From Bigelowiella natans CCMP2755 (Eukaryota > Protista > Cercozoa), in contig ADNK01000870.1 of assembly GCA_000320545.1 (NCBI GenBank), positions 1-64,000 on the forward strand: 64,000 bases of DNA, read 5' to 3'. The position numbers and the translations under genes were made by a program. The notes under the pieces are model-generated. The model was not told where the DNA came from. It made no database searches and saw only the letters and a program-made list of their open reading frames with translations. Positions 11,719-26,426 of this stretch are shown piece by piece. Every line of letters begins with the position of its first letter. The first letter of the stretch is position 1.

Positions 11719-12792
11719 GTGCTATGTATGTGTTTAAAAAATCTGTATGTATGTAATTTATCCCAAAAGGTTCTCGGGAGATCTGTTGCGGACCTGAGCA
11801 TCGAGAACAAAGGGGCATATACTATGGCAAGCTGGGTGCTTTAAAGGGAGGAGGAGGAGAGACCTTTCGAGGAAACGCCATTCGCACAGCCAAATATACA
11901 TGGTAGTATACAGTTACTAAGAAGTGCTGCATCTTCATTTTCTCTTTCATTTTATTGTTGAATTTTATCACATAGATATATGATATTTATTGTACTGATC
12001 ATAGGTATAGTTTCCTTCCAGTAGCACTATTGAGGCAATTTCGACGTCTAGGCAACCAATATTTTCTTCTGCAGGTACAGATAATAATACCTACTTCTCC
12101 TTCTTCTTGATACGATCTCGTTGCTTTGCCTCCATATGTGGCTGCTGCTGGTTTTTCTCTTCTTCCACCAATACCTGTTGTATATTCCGAAGACTGTCAT
12201 CATGGTGGTGGGAGAGTACTCGGATCTCTATCCCTCCCCTCTCAAGTCATGGTCGCAGGTAGTGTTTCTCCTTGCTACTGTCAATATAAGGCGAGCTTGA
12301 TGGATATTACCACCATATATTTGTTCCATGCCATTGTGATCGGATTTACTAGTACATTTATAATGTGAGGTGTTTTCTGATGATTAATATGATAACAACA
12401 CCAACACCACCACCACCAACAACAGATTGCGGTATTGTCCTTCGTACTGGGATTATCTATGATCTTCGAGGCTCGTGACGATATATTTCGCCACAAAAAG
12501 GTGACCCACGCTCTTAACCACAGTTGTACGAACGCCTCCATTAAGTCTCCCAATGTTACATTATTATGCAGCAGCTTACTTTTGCTTTGCAATGGTTATT
12601 TCTTAGGATTACGAAGTGAACAACTCCATATGTTGTCATGTGGAATTTTCCTACGAGGAGAAGAAGCAGAGGAGGGGCATTGACGATAGGGTCATGATCG
12701 ATGCACAGTGATTGCTCACAGTCGTAGAATAAGGAAAGCGAAAACAATCGTGAACGCCATGTATTTATCTTCATACTTAAGTGCACACACAC

Positions 12793-12836
<44 letters not shown>

Positions 12837-13394
12837 GTGTGTGTGTGTGTGTGTGGACCTTCCTTGCTACAGGTTGTGACCTCATCGTTAGCATCAGCTG
12901 GAAGCCATGGTGGTATGGGAGGAGGAGGAGGAGGCTTTAGAAATCGTGGAGATACTACTTCATCATCAGTCAATGTCGCTGCTGATGACTTTGAAGACTA
13001 CTTAGACGATGGCGGTAGTAGCAGAGTCAATCGCTCCACCAACACTGGAGGACAATCGCAGCTGGAACGAAGTTACCGAAGTCAAAGAACGCTACAAGAG
13101 GAAAGGTGTTAGTTGCAGTAGCAGTAGTAGCAGTGGTGGTAGAGTTGATACTGCAATAGTGCTGCTGTTCTATCCACCTAACACAAACTGAAACATAATA
13201 CTGGCGTGCTAATTCGGCAGGTGGGAGATAAAAGATACGACTTGGAGTAAGGTGGCAGTAGGAGACCTTGTCATTGTCAGGTCGTGCTGCTGCTGCACAT
13301 GCTTCCACCGAATAAATATCATTTCAACTATGATGATGATAATGAAGAACGATGTTTTGCGAGCAAGCCAACAAAGACAATCCTCCAGAGCATG

Positions 13395-13439
<45 letters not shown>

Positions 13440-14265
13440 CACACACACACACCAAGGAAGACACATGTTCGTGCCCTCCTCCCACCGAAGCATCTATTCC
13501 CGCACGTAGGCGAGACGAGGCCGCTCCTGCCGACTTCGTGATATTAGCTACGGTATGCACTAATTGCTGGGAAAAGCACGTTATAGAGCAAAAGCCACAG
13601 CATATAGCCTTCAGTAGTGCTTGCAATTTAAAATTTATCTGATGAGTACACAAACACACCATCCTCTAAAGATACATCCACATCGACTTTACAAGAAGAA
13701 TAATGCTATCATCACTAATGCTACGACGACTACTACTACTACTGCTGCTACTACTACTACTCTCTCTTCCTTGTTTAGGGGACTGAAGACGGTCTCTGCT
13801 ACGTCGAAACATCCAATATTGATGGTGAGACGAATCTCAAGCTGCGCCAGTCCCCGTTAGCAGCGGCTGCAGATGGTTGCTACCGGGATTATTCACGCTC
13901 TCGTGGCTTGAGTGTGGCGCTTGCCCTTAACCGTGCGAGCTACGAGGAGAGAGGAGAGAAAGAGGAGGAGGAGGAGGAGAAGGAGGAGGAGGACGATGGC
14001 AAGGAACAAGAGCAGCAACATCATCGTTTCTTCTCTAAGGAGGAGGCTCTCAGGCAGGCAGTAGGATGGGCGACGTCTCTTGATATGAAATGCGTCGTCG
14101 AGAAACCAAATCGATCTGTCAACACACTCAAAGGGTAATTTACTTAAACATTCGCTGTGATAAGCGTTGGATGCTGTGCCTCGGTGGCGTTTCTCGCCAC
14201 ATAAATATCATGTCATGTCCGTCACAACAACAACGACGACAACAAGCTCTGGGTGTTAGGCACAT

Positions 14266-14299
<34 letters not shown>

Positions 14300-17236
14300 C
14301 CAATGTTTGAGCCGATGACTGATATTCAGTCGTTGAGGAAAATATCCAAAAAATTCTTCAATCTGTCAAACTGATGTGCCATAATACCTGCATGTTGGTA
14401 TCTACACCATGTTTGGGCTAATGCTGCTATTATAATGATGATGATGATGATGATGATCATGTAGTATCCGAAGCAATCAGTCAATACGTCGATGCATAGT
14501 CGCCATATCTCCTTTTCTTTCTCATCTGTGTATGATCATTATCACTCATGCTGTCTATATTCTGTCTGCAGGTACCTAGAATTGATGGTCAAGACGGAAG
14601 ATAATGGTCAGAAAAGCGAGGAAGAGGATGCAAAAAAGGAAAAGCCCTCGCCCTCCACCATTACAAGAAGCATAAGAAGAAATACCCTCCCTCTCACAGG
14701 CAGAAACCTAGTCATACGTGGCAGTATCATTCGCAATACAGCGTGGTGTGTTGGGCTATGCGTTTATACTGGAGACGACACCAAGATCATGCAAAACTCA
14801 ACTGAAACGCCCTCGAAGCTCTCCAATATCGACAAGATTCTCAACCGAACCTTGTAAGTCGTATTTGAATGATTTTATGATTTTACTGATGATGATGATG
14901 ATGATGATGATATTGACGACGATGACGACGAAGTTTGAAGACGCTGCATGGATGGGCGCAATTAAAATGAGCTGCAACGACAGGTACATAATCGTCATGA
15001 CCCAAGCGATTTTGGTCACTGCGACGGACGTAGCTGGGCTGGTATGGCGCAAAGAGCATCTTGGCAAGAAGGATGATGGAGGAACATCAGGCATCGAAAC
15101 GTGTGTGCCCCTCTTCCTCCTCCTCCTCCTCCTCCTCCTCCTCCTCCTCCTCCTCTCTCAGAAGATAGAGAGAAATCAGGAGAATGTGATCAACAGCAAC
15201 ACACACAACACATTCGTGTGATGATTGATATGATTAGCTCTCTGATTCGCTATCAGATCTCTTCGGACATCAAACCCCTTCATCTCATATCCACTTTCTT
15301 CTTCTTCTTCTACTACTACTACCGCTATACCATAGGTACTACTCGGCGTGGTATTTGCTACCAGGGCCTAATAGCACTGAGGCAGACTCCTTTGTGTTCC
15401 CCCCTTGGCTCTCAAACTGGCTTGCATTCTTCATACTCTTTAACAATTTCGTCCCCATCAACTTGTATGTATATCATCATCTGCAAGTAGCTGTAGTAGT
15501 GAGTGGGCTGAGAAGGGTAACGACGACAGAGAAGATCATGCTAGTGCCGATCATCATCAATGATCCTTATTATCAATGCCATTGGTACTACCTCCCTCCA
15601 CCTTATTCAGATACGTCATCCTGGACTTTGTTAATATGCTGCAAGCTGTGATGATCACAAACGATCTTAAGATGTACGACGAGGCCACCGATTCACCAGC
15701 TACTTGCCGCTCGACAAACCTTTGCCAGGAAATCGGTCAAGTACAGCATATCTTCTCCGATAAGACAGGCACACTCACGCAGAACCTCATGGTGTTTCGC
15801 ACCTGCGCTATTGGGGGAAAAGCGTATGGATCTTTTCCCGAGGATATTTCGCCTATGATCGATGGAGGTGGTGACGGTCCTTCCAAAGGTGGTTGCTAGT
15901 TTGTGTAAAAGAAGGAGGAGATGATGACATGTCATTGCACAACACCAATATTCTTTCCTTCTCTTTGAACGTTCATTGATATATGACAAACGTTTATCAC
16001 CCATTCTCTCTCATACCTGTCACTCTTAATCATGTTCCCTCCTCACTCTCTCTCCTTCTCGTTCTCAATTCTCTTCTCCTTCTGAAAGACGAAGAGGGCT
16101 GCTCTGGTTTTATCGGTCAAAATACCGACAGCAAGGAAAGAAGGGTTGTCTTCGAAGGCGGTGGCTTTAACCATGACGACAAGGCATCTTCACGGGGATC
16201 GTCGCATGTGAAGAAAGAAATGTCATCGTCTCTTCTAACTCCCATCTCTCTGCTGCACGAATCGTTGGTTTTACAACGTAATGAGATGAAGGACAGGAGC
16301 GGTAAGATCGATCTCTTTCATGATGTGTCTTGTTCAGGATCCTGTTGGGGATGATTAGCGTCGTTGTGGTTAACGACGAATAAGTTGTCAAGACGATGAC
16401 AAATTTTAGTCGAGATACAATTACACGTCAACTTGCACAAACCCCTCCCTCCCCCCCCCCCCCCTCCTCCCCTCTCTCTTTTTAATCTGTACCATTTACT
16501 ACTACCTCCCCACCAGGGCTAACACACTCGTTGGAAGAGGATTTTCTTCTTGCTCTAGCTGTATGCCACACTGTGGTGATCGATGAAAAGGGAGAAATAC
16601 AGGCAGAAAGTCCCGATGAGGCCGCACTTGTACGGGGAGCTTCAGAAGCTGGGTATCGCTTTATTGGAAGAAAGGGCAATGTAGTATCAGTCAGAGTAGC
16701 AGCAGGGACGATTACTACTACTTCTACTACTACTGCTGCCTCTGCTGGCAATGGTGCTGAAGATGAAGGAGAAGAGGGGGAGGGGGTTGATAGAAGACTA
16801 GAGGGACCAGTTGCTTTCCGAAATAGCAAAGGAAGACCAGAACAGCACGTGGTTCTCAAATTTACTGTGTTGGGCGTAAACACGTTTAGCAGCAAGAGAA
16901 AGCGCATGTCAGTTGTTGTGCGTTGTCCGGATGGATCGGTCAGAGTCATTGTCAAGGGGGCCGATTCAGTGATTTATGAACGTTTGCGGAGGAGTAGCAA
17001 CCATGATTCGCATGACGAGAAGGGCGAGGAAGGGCTAAGAAAACCAGGCACGAGGGTCACTTCTTCTACTGGCGCCATATCATCCACTTCCTCGTCGTCT
17101 TCTTCGGCAGCTGTACGTGATAATGTCAACAAATTTGCAATGAAGGGCCTCAGAACACTGGCAATCGCCCAGAGAAAGTAGGTTTTTCAATCGTAGTCTT
17201 CCCTCCGCATCCATTGATCATTATTCTCTTCCCCCC

Positions 17237-17283
<47 letters not shown>

Positions 17284-17966
17284 CTAATCTGTGCCTTTTC
17301 AGGCTTGAGGAGGATGAACTACGATTGTGGAAGAAAGAATACGACACGGCAGCCGCCGCTGTCTCGAACCGCAAAGAGCTGCTCGAAGCTGCTGCAGATA
17401 AGGTGGAGTCTTCAGGGCTGACGTTACTAGGAGCCACTGGTATCGAGGACAAGCTACAAGATGACGTTGCAAGGACGATAACGGACATTCAAGCAGCAGG
17501 AATTACCTTCTGGGTACTAACGGGGGATAAGCCTGAGACCGCTATCAACATCGGCTATTCATCTGGAGTTCTCAAGCCGCACTCGAGAATCTACAAGATG
17601 CTACGTCTGTCGTCGATGCCAGCTATAAATGGCGTCCACATTCCTCTCTCTGGACCCCAAGCTGCGAGCAAGGAGCTCAATCGGGTCTACAAGCAGCAGA
17701 AGAAGCATTCCCATAGCCAGCAGCGTCATCGAGCTTCCAAGGCCAATAGCGGGGCTGGGTATTCACTTTTCCAGCGTAGGAGAAATAGTTCCGAGCACTT
17801 CTCAAATAGTAGGATTCTTCGTGAGGTGGAGAAGAAGCGTCATAGCAGTAGCCATAACGAACAACTGTTAGCCGTGGAGGAGGAAGAGGAGGAGGACGAT
17901 GAAGAAGACTGCTTCTACGACGACAGCGTTCTCAATGACCAAGATAAGGTTGGTGTTTGAAGAGAC

Positions 17967-17999
<33 letters not shown>

Positions 18000-19092
18000 A
18001 ATGATGATATCTCATACTACTGATCGCTCATATCAAAGCACCGATAGTAACTAGGAATAAATTGTTGTTACTACTCACACTTACATCTTCTTCCTCCTCC
18101 TCCTCCTCCTCCTCCTCCTTCTCCTTCTCCTTCTCCTCATTCTTCTCCGCAGCAGTTGAATGAGACTACAGGAGACCATCAGGCGTTGGTGGTTACCGGA
18201 AAGGTTTTAGAGCAGATCCTTGACAATGGAGGGCTGAGGAAGAAGCTTCTTCGTGTCTGCCGTCCTTGTAACGTGGTGGTTGCATGCCGCGTATCTCCGC
18301 TACAAAAGGCACAGCTTGTTAAGATGGTAATGCTGCTATAGATGCTGCGTTGGTGATGATGATGGTGATGATGGTGATGGTGATGATGTTGACGATAACG
18401 ACATGAAGATTAGGTGATGATTGTAGCTCTCTTCTTCTTGTCCTTAACGTACATGTGCCATCATCGTTATCATCACTATCATCACAGTATCATTCTATTA
18501 CCATCCTTCTTCTGATCCTTCTCCTCCCTCCCCACCCCCAAAACACAGGTGCGAGAAGGCGTAAAACCAGAACCGATTACGCTGAGCATCGGTGATGGCG
18601 CGAACGACGTTGGAATGATACAAGAAGCTCACATTGGGGTTGGGATCTCTGGGAGAGAAGGCCGACAGGCTGTCAATGCCTCGGATTTTGCAATCGCTCA
18701 GTTTAGATTCTTAAAGCGACTGCTACTGGTACGATGCGATTGGCAGGGAAATAGTATAGAAGTTGCGATCATCATCTTCAACAACAATAACAACGATCAC
18801 ATGATATGCACACATAAACATACAGGTCCATGGACGGTGGAACTACCGTAGAATATGCAAAGTGATTACATACGTCTTCTACAAGAACTTCACGATTACT
18901 CTGACACTCCTGATCTATGCGTGCATGGCTGGGATATCTGGCACCTCTCTTTACGAGTCTCTCATGTAATAATAATACGTCTCATCTTATTATAGACCTT
19001 CCTTCCTTCTAGTCTTCTTCATTTATCGTATTTCAACCAAATATGTATTATATTCGGATAAGATTCTTCATAACCCCCCTCCACCCCATTCA

Positions 19093-19134
<42 letters not shown>

Positions 19135-19802
19135 TTTTAAACATTACATTACAGAGATCATACATGATCATAGTGATGATGATGACGACGACGCATATTC
19201 TTATATGTGCTCTCTCTATTGTACTGTGCTGCCCCTCCTTCCTTCTTCATCTTAACAATTAACTAGGTACAACGGCTTTAACTTCTTCACAATGTTCCCG
19301 ATCATTGGCGTTGGCACGATGGATCAAGATGTACGAGCAGAGACGGTGGAGAGCTTTCCTGTTCTCTACGTGTCCGGGCGACTCTCCGAAGACCTCAACT
19401 CCGGCATCATCATTGAAAACATCCTCACCGCCATCATCCACGCTATCATCGTAGTTTTCCTACCCTACCTATCATACTCCGGCCTCGATCAAGCTGGCAT
19501 TGGTGGGCTGTCTGTATTCGGCACGATGGTGTTCTCATGCCTTGTCTTCCTGATGCAATACCGCGTGATGCTCATCACAGCAACTTACACAAAGTATACG
19601 GCGTACGCGCTGCTGCTGTCGTTCTTCCTGTACTTTCTCTTCCTCGTCTGCTATGGGCTGATGGACTTTCTCAATTGGGAGTTCTACTATGTTCCCTACA
19701 AGATGATGGGAGCTCCTGTCTTTTGGATCGTGTTGTTTGGTGTGCCAGGAACGGCGCTTTACATCGACTTTTTCATCAAGTAAGTCCGTCAGCGTGATGA
19801 GA

Positions 19803-19851
<49 letters not shown>

Positions 19852-21060
19852 GCCAGCATCATCAGTATCGATCGATAGTAGTAGTAGCAGGAGTTAAAAA
19901 GAGGCAAAGTATGAGTTAAGTTGCTTAAAGACGCATCTGCATGTATTCCCTATTGTTTCTTCTTTGTAACCTATTTCTTTCGATAACGGTCGTTTGGATG
20001 GTCTTCACTCCTTACTGGTGGTTGCTGTCGTTGATGTGGCGTGTGTGTGTTCTTCTAAGGTACGTGCGACGGGAACTATGCCCAACTCTGATGGATATCG
20101 CTACAGAGGCCGACTACTTCATGAACAAAGAGCTCGAAACAGCATCAGGCTTAACAGCTAATAACAACGTTACCACCAAATTCATGAAGTTTCTCGGTAT
20201 TCGCCTCCGCAAAGAAGTTAAGAATCAACAAACAGCAGCGGCAGCAGCAGCGTCCAAAGGGACCGGGCACAGCAGCGTCTCATCACCAAACTTCTACTCC
20301 TCCTCACCTTCCTCCTCTTCCAGAGGAATAAGGAAAAACACGTTTGGTGGTAGTAAAGATCGAACGATGGTCCATGCACGGAGTCCAGGAGGAGGGGGGG
20401 GGCAATCCTCTCCAAACGTCGGAAATGGAAGAATAGGAGATTTAGTAACTTATGACAATGATGACGATAGTAGGACTACCGTAAAAATGCTGGTGCCGAT
20501 GGCAGTTTCTCCCAATAGCAGCATAAAAACTAATGATAATGATGAGCAAAATAACAAGAAGAACGACGGTGGTGGTGATGATGCTGATAGTTCCCAAAAC
20601 AATAATAATGATAATAATAATAATAATAATAGCAATGACAACAACAACAACAACAATTTTGAATCTAAGGAGATAGGAGGTACAGTGGCGGATGACCGAT
20701 ACATACAGCAACCGCAGCAGCAGCAGCAGCAGTACGGCGGTGGGTTTTCCTTTTCACATCCTGGTGAGACCTTTATGCAGTCTCTTCGGCGCCTCACAAC
20801 AGCAGATGATGATGACTCGAAGAGGGGCGCCAACGAATGGCCAAACATAGGAGGAAGAGTAGTTGTTCAAAAGCACCAACAGCAGCATCAAGGAGCGAAT
20901 CCTAGAAACAGAAAGCAAAAGGATGGGGGGAGGAGGAGGAGGATGACGGGACCAAGTGCCCGACGACGAAGACGCCGTGATACGAGCGAGAACATTGAGG
21001 ATGCTGCTGCTGCTTATGATGATGACGATGATGATGATGGCGACCCAGATGATGCCAAAT
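11447..21060 (+). CDS. P4-type ATPase (phospholipid flippase) alpha-subunit, multi-exon; 5' start uncertain
   Basis: [43 protein letters not shown] (13821), [29 protein letters not shown] (D at 15759), [67 protein letters not shown]-terminal TM exons 19260-19780. Confidence 0.96.
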
Positions 21061-21065
21061 GTCGT

Positions 21066-21107
<42 letters not shown>

Positions 21108-21852
21108 ACATAGATACATACTTATAGCATTCATAACACACACACACACACACAACGCCTAGACGTGACGACACAATACAGCATATGAACATCAATCACA
21201 GCATCTACAAACAGCAAATCATGAAGGACCTTTACTAGTAGCCATTCTCATTCATATCCTCCTCCTCCTCCTCCTCCCCCTCCCCCTCATCTGTCTAATC
21301 CACCAGACGGCAATGGCAGACAGCAGCGGTTGGAAACACATGTCACACAAGGCACCAACGCACGTCCTTCACAGGTGGTGGTGAAGAACATCACAACAGC
21401 AGCATTAGAAGGAGGAGGAGGAAACAGCGACCTCGAAGAGGCGAAAAACAAGATGTTCATGAACGATGAGGAAAATAGCAATGGGAAAAAGCAGAAGAAA
21501 AAGAAGAAAACGAATCGTCCGTCTGATGACCCATTCTTCCAGCAAACACTGCCAAGGTACCGTTCCCATATCACTGAAACAACAACAGCGAGAACACCTA
21601 ATCCTACCACTACTGCTGCCAAAACAACGGTGTGCCTATCTGCTGCTACGAATGAGGAGAGGGGGGGGGGGGGGGGGGTCCTATCATCACGCAATAGGAG
21701 ATAATAATGAAAATATTAATAATAATGCTATGATGACCTTTTGACCCTGCGTTTATGATTGTCATCATTATCTTCATCATCTTCTTCTTCAATTCTTTTT
21801 CTGCGGATTTTCCCGATTTTTCCTTTTTTCTTCTGATTTATCTCTCTTGGTC

Positions 21853-21883
<31 letters not shown>

Positions 21884-23152
21884 TGGAGGGGAGTATACAT
21901 TCTTAAAATCTTCATGGCCACGCTATTACAGTAAGCGTTGCATTGCGGATGCAGGCGGTCTTGTAGTGGAAATGATGATGATAACAAAAACGCATGCTAG
22001 GTAGTAAGAGAAAAGCCGACGGAAGAGGAAGAAGAAGAAGAAAGAAAAAACAACAACGACCACGATGACGAATTCCTCCTCACCACCATCCTCCTCCCCC
22101 TCCTCACCACCCCCCCCCCCCCCCTCCTCCTCCTCCTCCTCCTCCTCCTCCTCCTGCTGCTGCTGCTGCTCTCCTCATGTATTCTTTTTGTTTGTCTGCT
22201 ACTGGTTTTACGTTCAGATTGCATCACAAGACGCTAAGACGTACGTCGTTACCTACGATGGGCATTTGACTTCGAGTATGATTCGTGATGATCACGATAA
22301 TGATGACGATGATGATGTTGATGATGATGATGATGATGAGGACGGTCGGTGTGGTGGTAATATCATCCCTCCATTAGGCTATGGGATCGCATTATCAACC
22401 CCTGCTGCTAAAGCTAGGAAACCTACAAATATCGATTGTCACATCAAGCCATACAATGGAGGGTGATGATTAATTACTACTACTGCTGCTGCTGCTGATG
22501 ATGATGATGAGACGTGCATCATCGTAGTATACACTAACGCAGCAAATGTTATGACCGCTACATTGAACAAGCATTGATTGCTTTTCCATCCACAACACAC
22601 ACACACACACTTAAGGGGAAGGATATGTAACGTGACGTTTACAGTGGAGGAAGATCTTGAGTAAGTCTATGATTACGAAGATGATGATGAAGAAGAAGAT
22701 GGTGATGACAATGGTGATGAGTACCTTGGAAAAAAAACAACAAGAAGGAAGAGGAATAAAGAATATCGTAAGGATATTTTCACTTGCGAGGTCTTTTGCA
22801 TTCGTCGTCGTCCTTCCTGTACTAAGTATATATCTTGATTATGTTATTCCAAATCGTCACATAGGGCCCCTATATTCGTGAACTATCTTCTCACTAGCTT
22901 CTATCAGAACTACTATAGGTGCTGTTACAACAACCGTAGTAGCAGTCTTACGTGATTTCCACATAAATATAATATAATATAATATGTATATATAATATAG
23001 GCATGACTTTGCTAGATTGCTTTATCTCATCAGCATTGTATGTTCTTCGTTCGATTGAGTGCTGCTGCTGCTGCTTTAGCTATGCAAAAGGGCATTCTGT
23101 GGCGCAGCTACAAGGCAAAAGCCTAGAGACTGGAAGTAATTATGATTTACAT

Positions 23153-23184
<32 letters not shown>

Positions 23185-23826
23185 GTGATAATGATGATGA
23201 TGTGATAGGGAAAATTCATCACCCTCATGTTACCTCTGTGTGCCTCCTAGCTACATAAAAGCTGAGAATTTTAACTGTGATTCCAACTGAATTTACGGTG
23301 ACAGAATGCTCTCAGTACAGACAAAGAAGAGGAATGACGTACTATCCCTGCGGTAGTAGTTGTAGTTAGCAATCGTAATAATATCGATAATAATAATAAT
23401 AATAATGATAATAATAATATTAATAATAATAAAAATAGAAGTAACAATAGGACACGATGATGTGACAGCAGGAAGTAATGGTGGTGGGTATATATAATAA
23501 AGAGGGGGGGAGGAGTAGCAGTGAGGTTGGTGGCCATACCACTGATTTGTTCTTCCACTTGTTGTGTATCACAGCAGTATTGATTTGTGACATTGATGGT
23601 AGATCTGTTTGTTGCTTCTAAGGCCTTGCTGCTAGATCTCTTTTCAATGATTCGTTTGAGCTGGTGAACGACACCTTTGCTCTTACAACGGTATGATCAA
23701 CGAACAAGGGGGGGGAGGGAAGAACAACGCATTCTTTGCAAATGAAATATTATCTGTTTTGATCGGTATCCGTCACAGAAAATGACGATTCAGAACAAGA
23801 AACTTCTCTCTTTCTCTTCCATCATT

Positions 23827-23858
<32 letters not shown>

Positions 23859-25210
23859 TGTGATCATAGTTGAAAATAAAACTGAACGTCGGCAGGATAA
23901 CATTGCATGGAAAACAGACAAACAAAAGTACCACAACGTGAATAGGTGATGACGATGATGCAGCTGATGATAATGATGAAGATGAGGATAATGATGAAGA
24001 TGAGGATAATGATGAATGTTGTATAAATCATGGTGATGAATGAAGATGATACTGCAGCAGCTCATCAATAAGTAAGGCAGTGTGTGACGGTGTTCGGTCC
24101 TTTCACCATCTTCGTCGCTGTAGTTGTATAATATGAATGATACTTATATTTCTCCCTCACGTGATGATGGTGTATACACAGCTACCCGTCCATCTGCGGC
24201 AAATCTGCTATTTGCCTCAACGAATCTTACCCCGAAATACCGAACATTCTAGAGTGAGTGGATATAATATGATACTTGGTCCCAGTCAATGAAGTGTCGT
24301 GAAGTCGTCCTCCTTCTCCTCCTCCTCCTCTTTGTTGTCCATGCCTGATGCAATGGCTCCTATCACTCTATTTTGCGCACCTTATTTAAGAATTGGGTGT
24401 TTGCTAACGGCATTGTTGTCTATTGTGTTCTTCGCTTCTTAGCGATGGCGTTCGAAGCGAGCATTTCATGGTTTGGAACAGAATCTCCGCCCTTCCGGTG
24501 AGAAGAGAATACTGCACACTACTTACCAACTTAGCACAACAAATCACGCTCAGTAATAGCAGCAGCAGTAGTAGTACTACTAGTAGTAGAGGTAGTAGTA
24601 GTACCATAAGTAAGGAAGACAACGGTTGTCTATGAATGCGATGGTTAATGAGAGGAAAGAGGAAGAGTTGTAGCAGTACCTCGGTACCATGCATACGATG
24701 ATGTGCCTTGGAATGCTGCTACTTCTCGCCCCCCATCTACCTTTGAACGCTAAAATGATGAAGCCATTATTGTTAATATGGCCCTTTACAACTATTCCAC
24801 ACACACAACCACCTTCTTACTTGCCAGGATTTCATGAAAAGATGGGGCAAAATCAATCAGGATATCCAAGTAATAATTGTGCTGCTTTGGTTGCAAAAAG
24901 AGATAATAATAATAATAATAATAACAATAAAGATCATCATTCTTATCATAATCATCATCGTCATTCTATCATCATAACATCACAGAAGGGAACACGGCTG
25001 AGCTTTCGCATACATGCTAATTTCCCCGTTTCATCGTTCGGGGGGTCCAAATCTCTCGTTCTAGCCAAGAATTCTTGGATTGGAGGCCGCAACGTCTTTC
25101 TAGGTAGTAGTAGTAGTGTGTCATTAGTTTTCTTGTACAAATAACGCTTATTTTATTGGTAATGACTATTTTCCCCCAATCAGAGAGAAAGAGAGAGAGA
25201 GAGAAAGGAG
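11686..25210. repeat. Dense microsatellite zone ((TG)n, (TA)n, (CA)n, (CT)n, (GA)n, (ATG)n, (CTA)n, (CCT)n) in introns and low-complexity exon inserts
   Basis: Directly visible, e.g. (TG)n 11686, (TA)n 12796, (CA)n 13402, (CT)n 17241, (GA)n 19808, (CTA)n 21068. Similar zones at about 39-42, 49-53 and 55-59 kb. Confidence 0.95.
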
Positions 25211-25519
25211 AGGGAGAACCCACAGCTAACTCATCAATGTTCGTCAGGAATTTCTTATCTGGTGATGGGGTCGTTATGTTGCGTTACTTCATTTATATTC
25301 CTGGTAAAAATCCTACTACATTGCTGCAGCACATATCAAACGGATATTAATCGTTCGTAACAGCAATGTACTGACACAGTTTTGCTGTTTCTGTTTGTTC
25401 TCTATCGTCAAATAATATCATAGCTGAAACAATGCGTGTGCCCTCGCAAAATGGGATCCGCGGAGCTCTTGATGGAATATGAAGGTTTAGCAGACGACAG
25501 GACATCGAGTATTCAGTGA
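21307..25519 (+). CDS. CDC50/LEM3-family flippase beta-subunit domain, probably fused in frame to the upstream P4-ATPase
   Basis: Exon peptides [117 protein letters not shown], PRKMG. Stop TGA at 25517-25519. The TM1 exon could not be resolved by eye. Confidence 0.9.
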
Positions 25520-26282
25520 AATTTATTAATTTTACTTTCACAAATACGGGTCTTTGCTCTGACAAATGAATCAAAAGTTGTTTATTACTACACATTCGCA
25601 TGTGAATCACACAAAGCTAGCGCCGTGGCTAGATGGTGCCATTGCGCGCGCCTACCCGACGTACCGACACCGATACGTCTATCTAGATGGACGCAAATGT
25701 GATGAACGAAGGTGACGCAGCTTCGCGGAATGATGTTATGATTGTAGTCTTTGTGCCAATGTGCGCACATCAGCATGTTCAAGGTGCATTCATCAGCACG
25801 TGAGTGTAGAGATCAAACCAACAAAGTCTTAAAGCTTCGCTAGTTCGTTAGCTCGTCACGTGCATGCACTGCTCACAGAAATAAAATCTAGAGATATTAT
25901 ATGGACATATATGTCCCTATAATATGTCTATACACGGCCGCTCAACATGCAAGCATGCTAGCATGTGTGTGTGTGTGTGCGGGCTAGCCCGAGCATGATC
26001 GTCACCATTTGACATTCAGATACCAACATATAGGTGTGTTAGACATTAGACAGAGGCTATCGCTTGTCCAAAGAACAGAAAGAGACGCACATGCACCATT
26101 ATTGTCGCGCGGCGGATCGGCTAATGCTAGCATGCGACATGTATGACCACAATCTAGCAGCAATGCATTCAAATGCATAAATGATGTAATAGCAGAAAGA
26201 AACAAATAAAACATAAGCGCTGTAGCTACGATATTAGGATATGACAATTGAAAAAATATATTGATTCATTACATCCGTCTCA

Positions 26283-26320
<38 letters not shown>

Positions 26321-26426
26321 ACATTTACATATCGTACATGCGTGCGTGTGAGTGAGTGAGCCTATGGCTTTACTTGATACACTGCGCTCATACATCGATA
26401 TGACCCTTCCCCAATGGATTCACATG

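Noticed and set aside
22259-22378. Possible non-canonical GC donor in the CDC50 region
   Set aside because: A canonical GTATGA donor a few codons later gives a phase-compatible GT-AG intron.
12556-24100. Many short ORFs with poly-HT, YI, RE, M, L or V tracts
   Set aside because: These are translations of intronic microsatellites or antisense frames of real exons.
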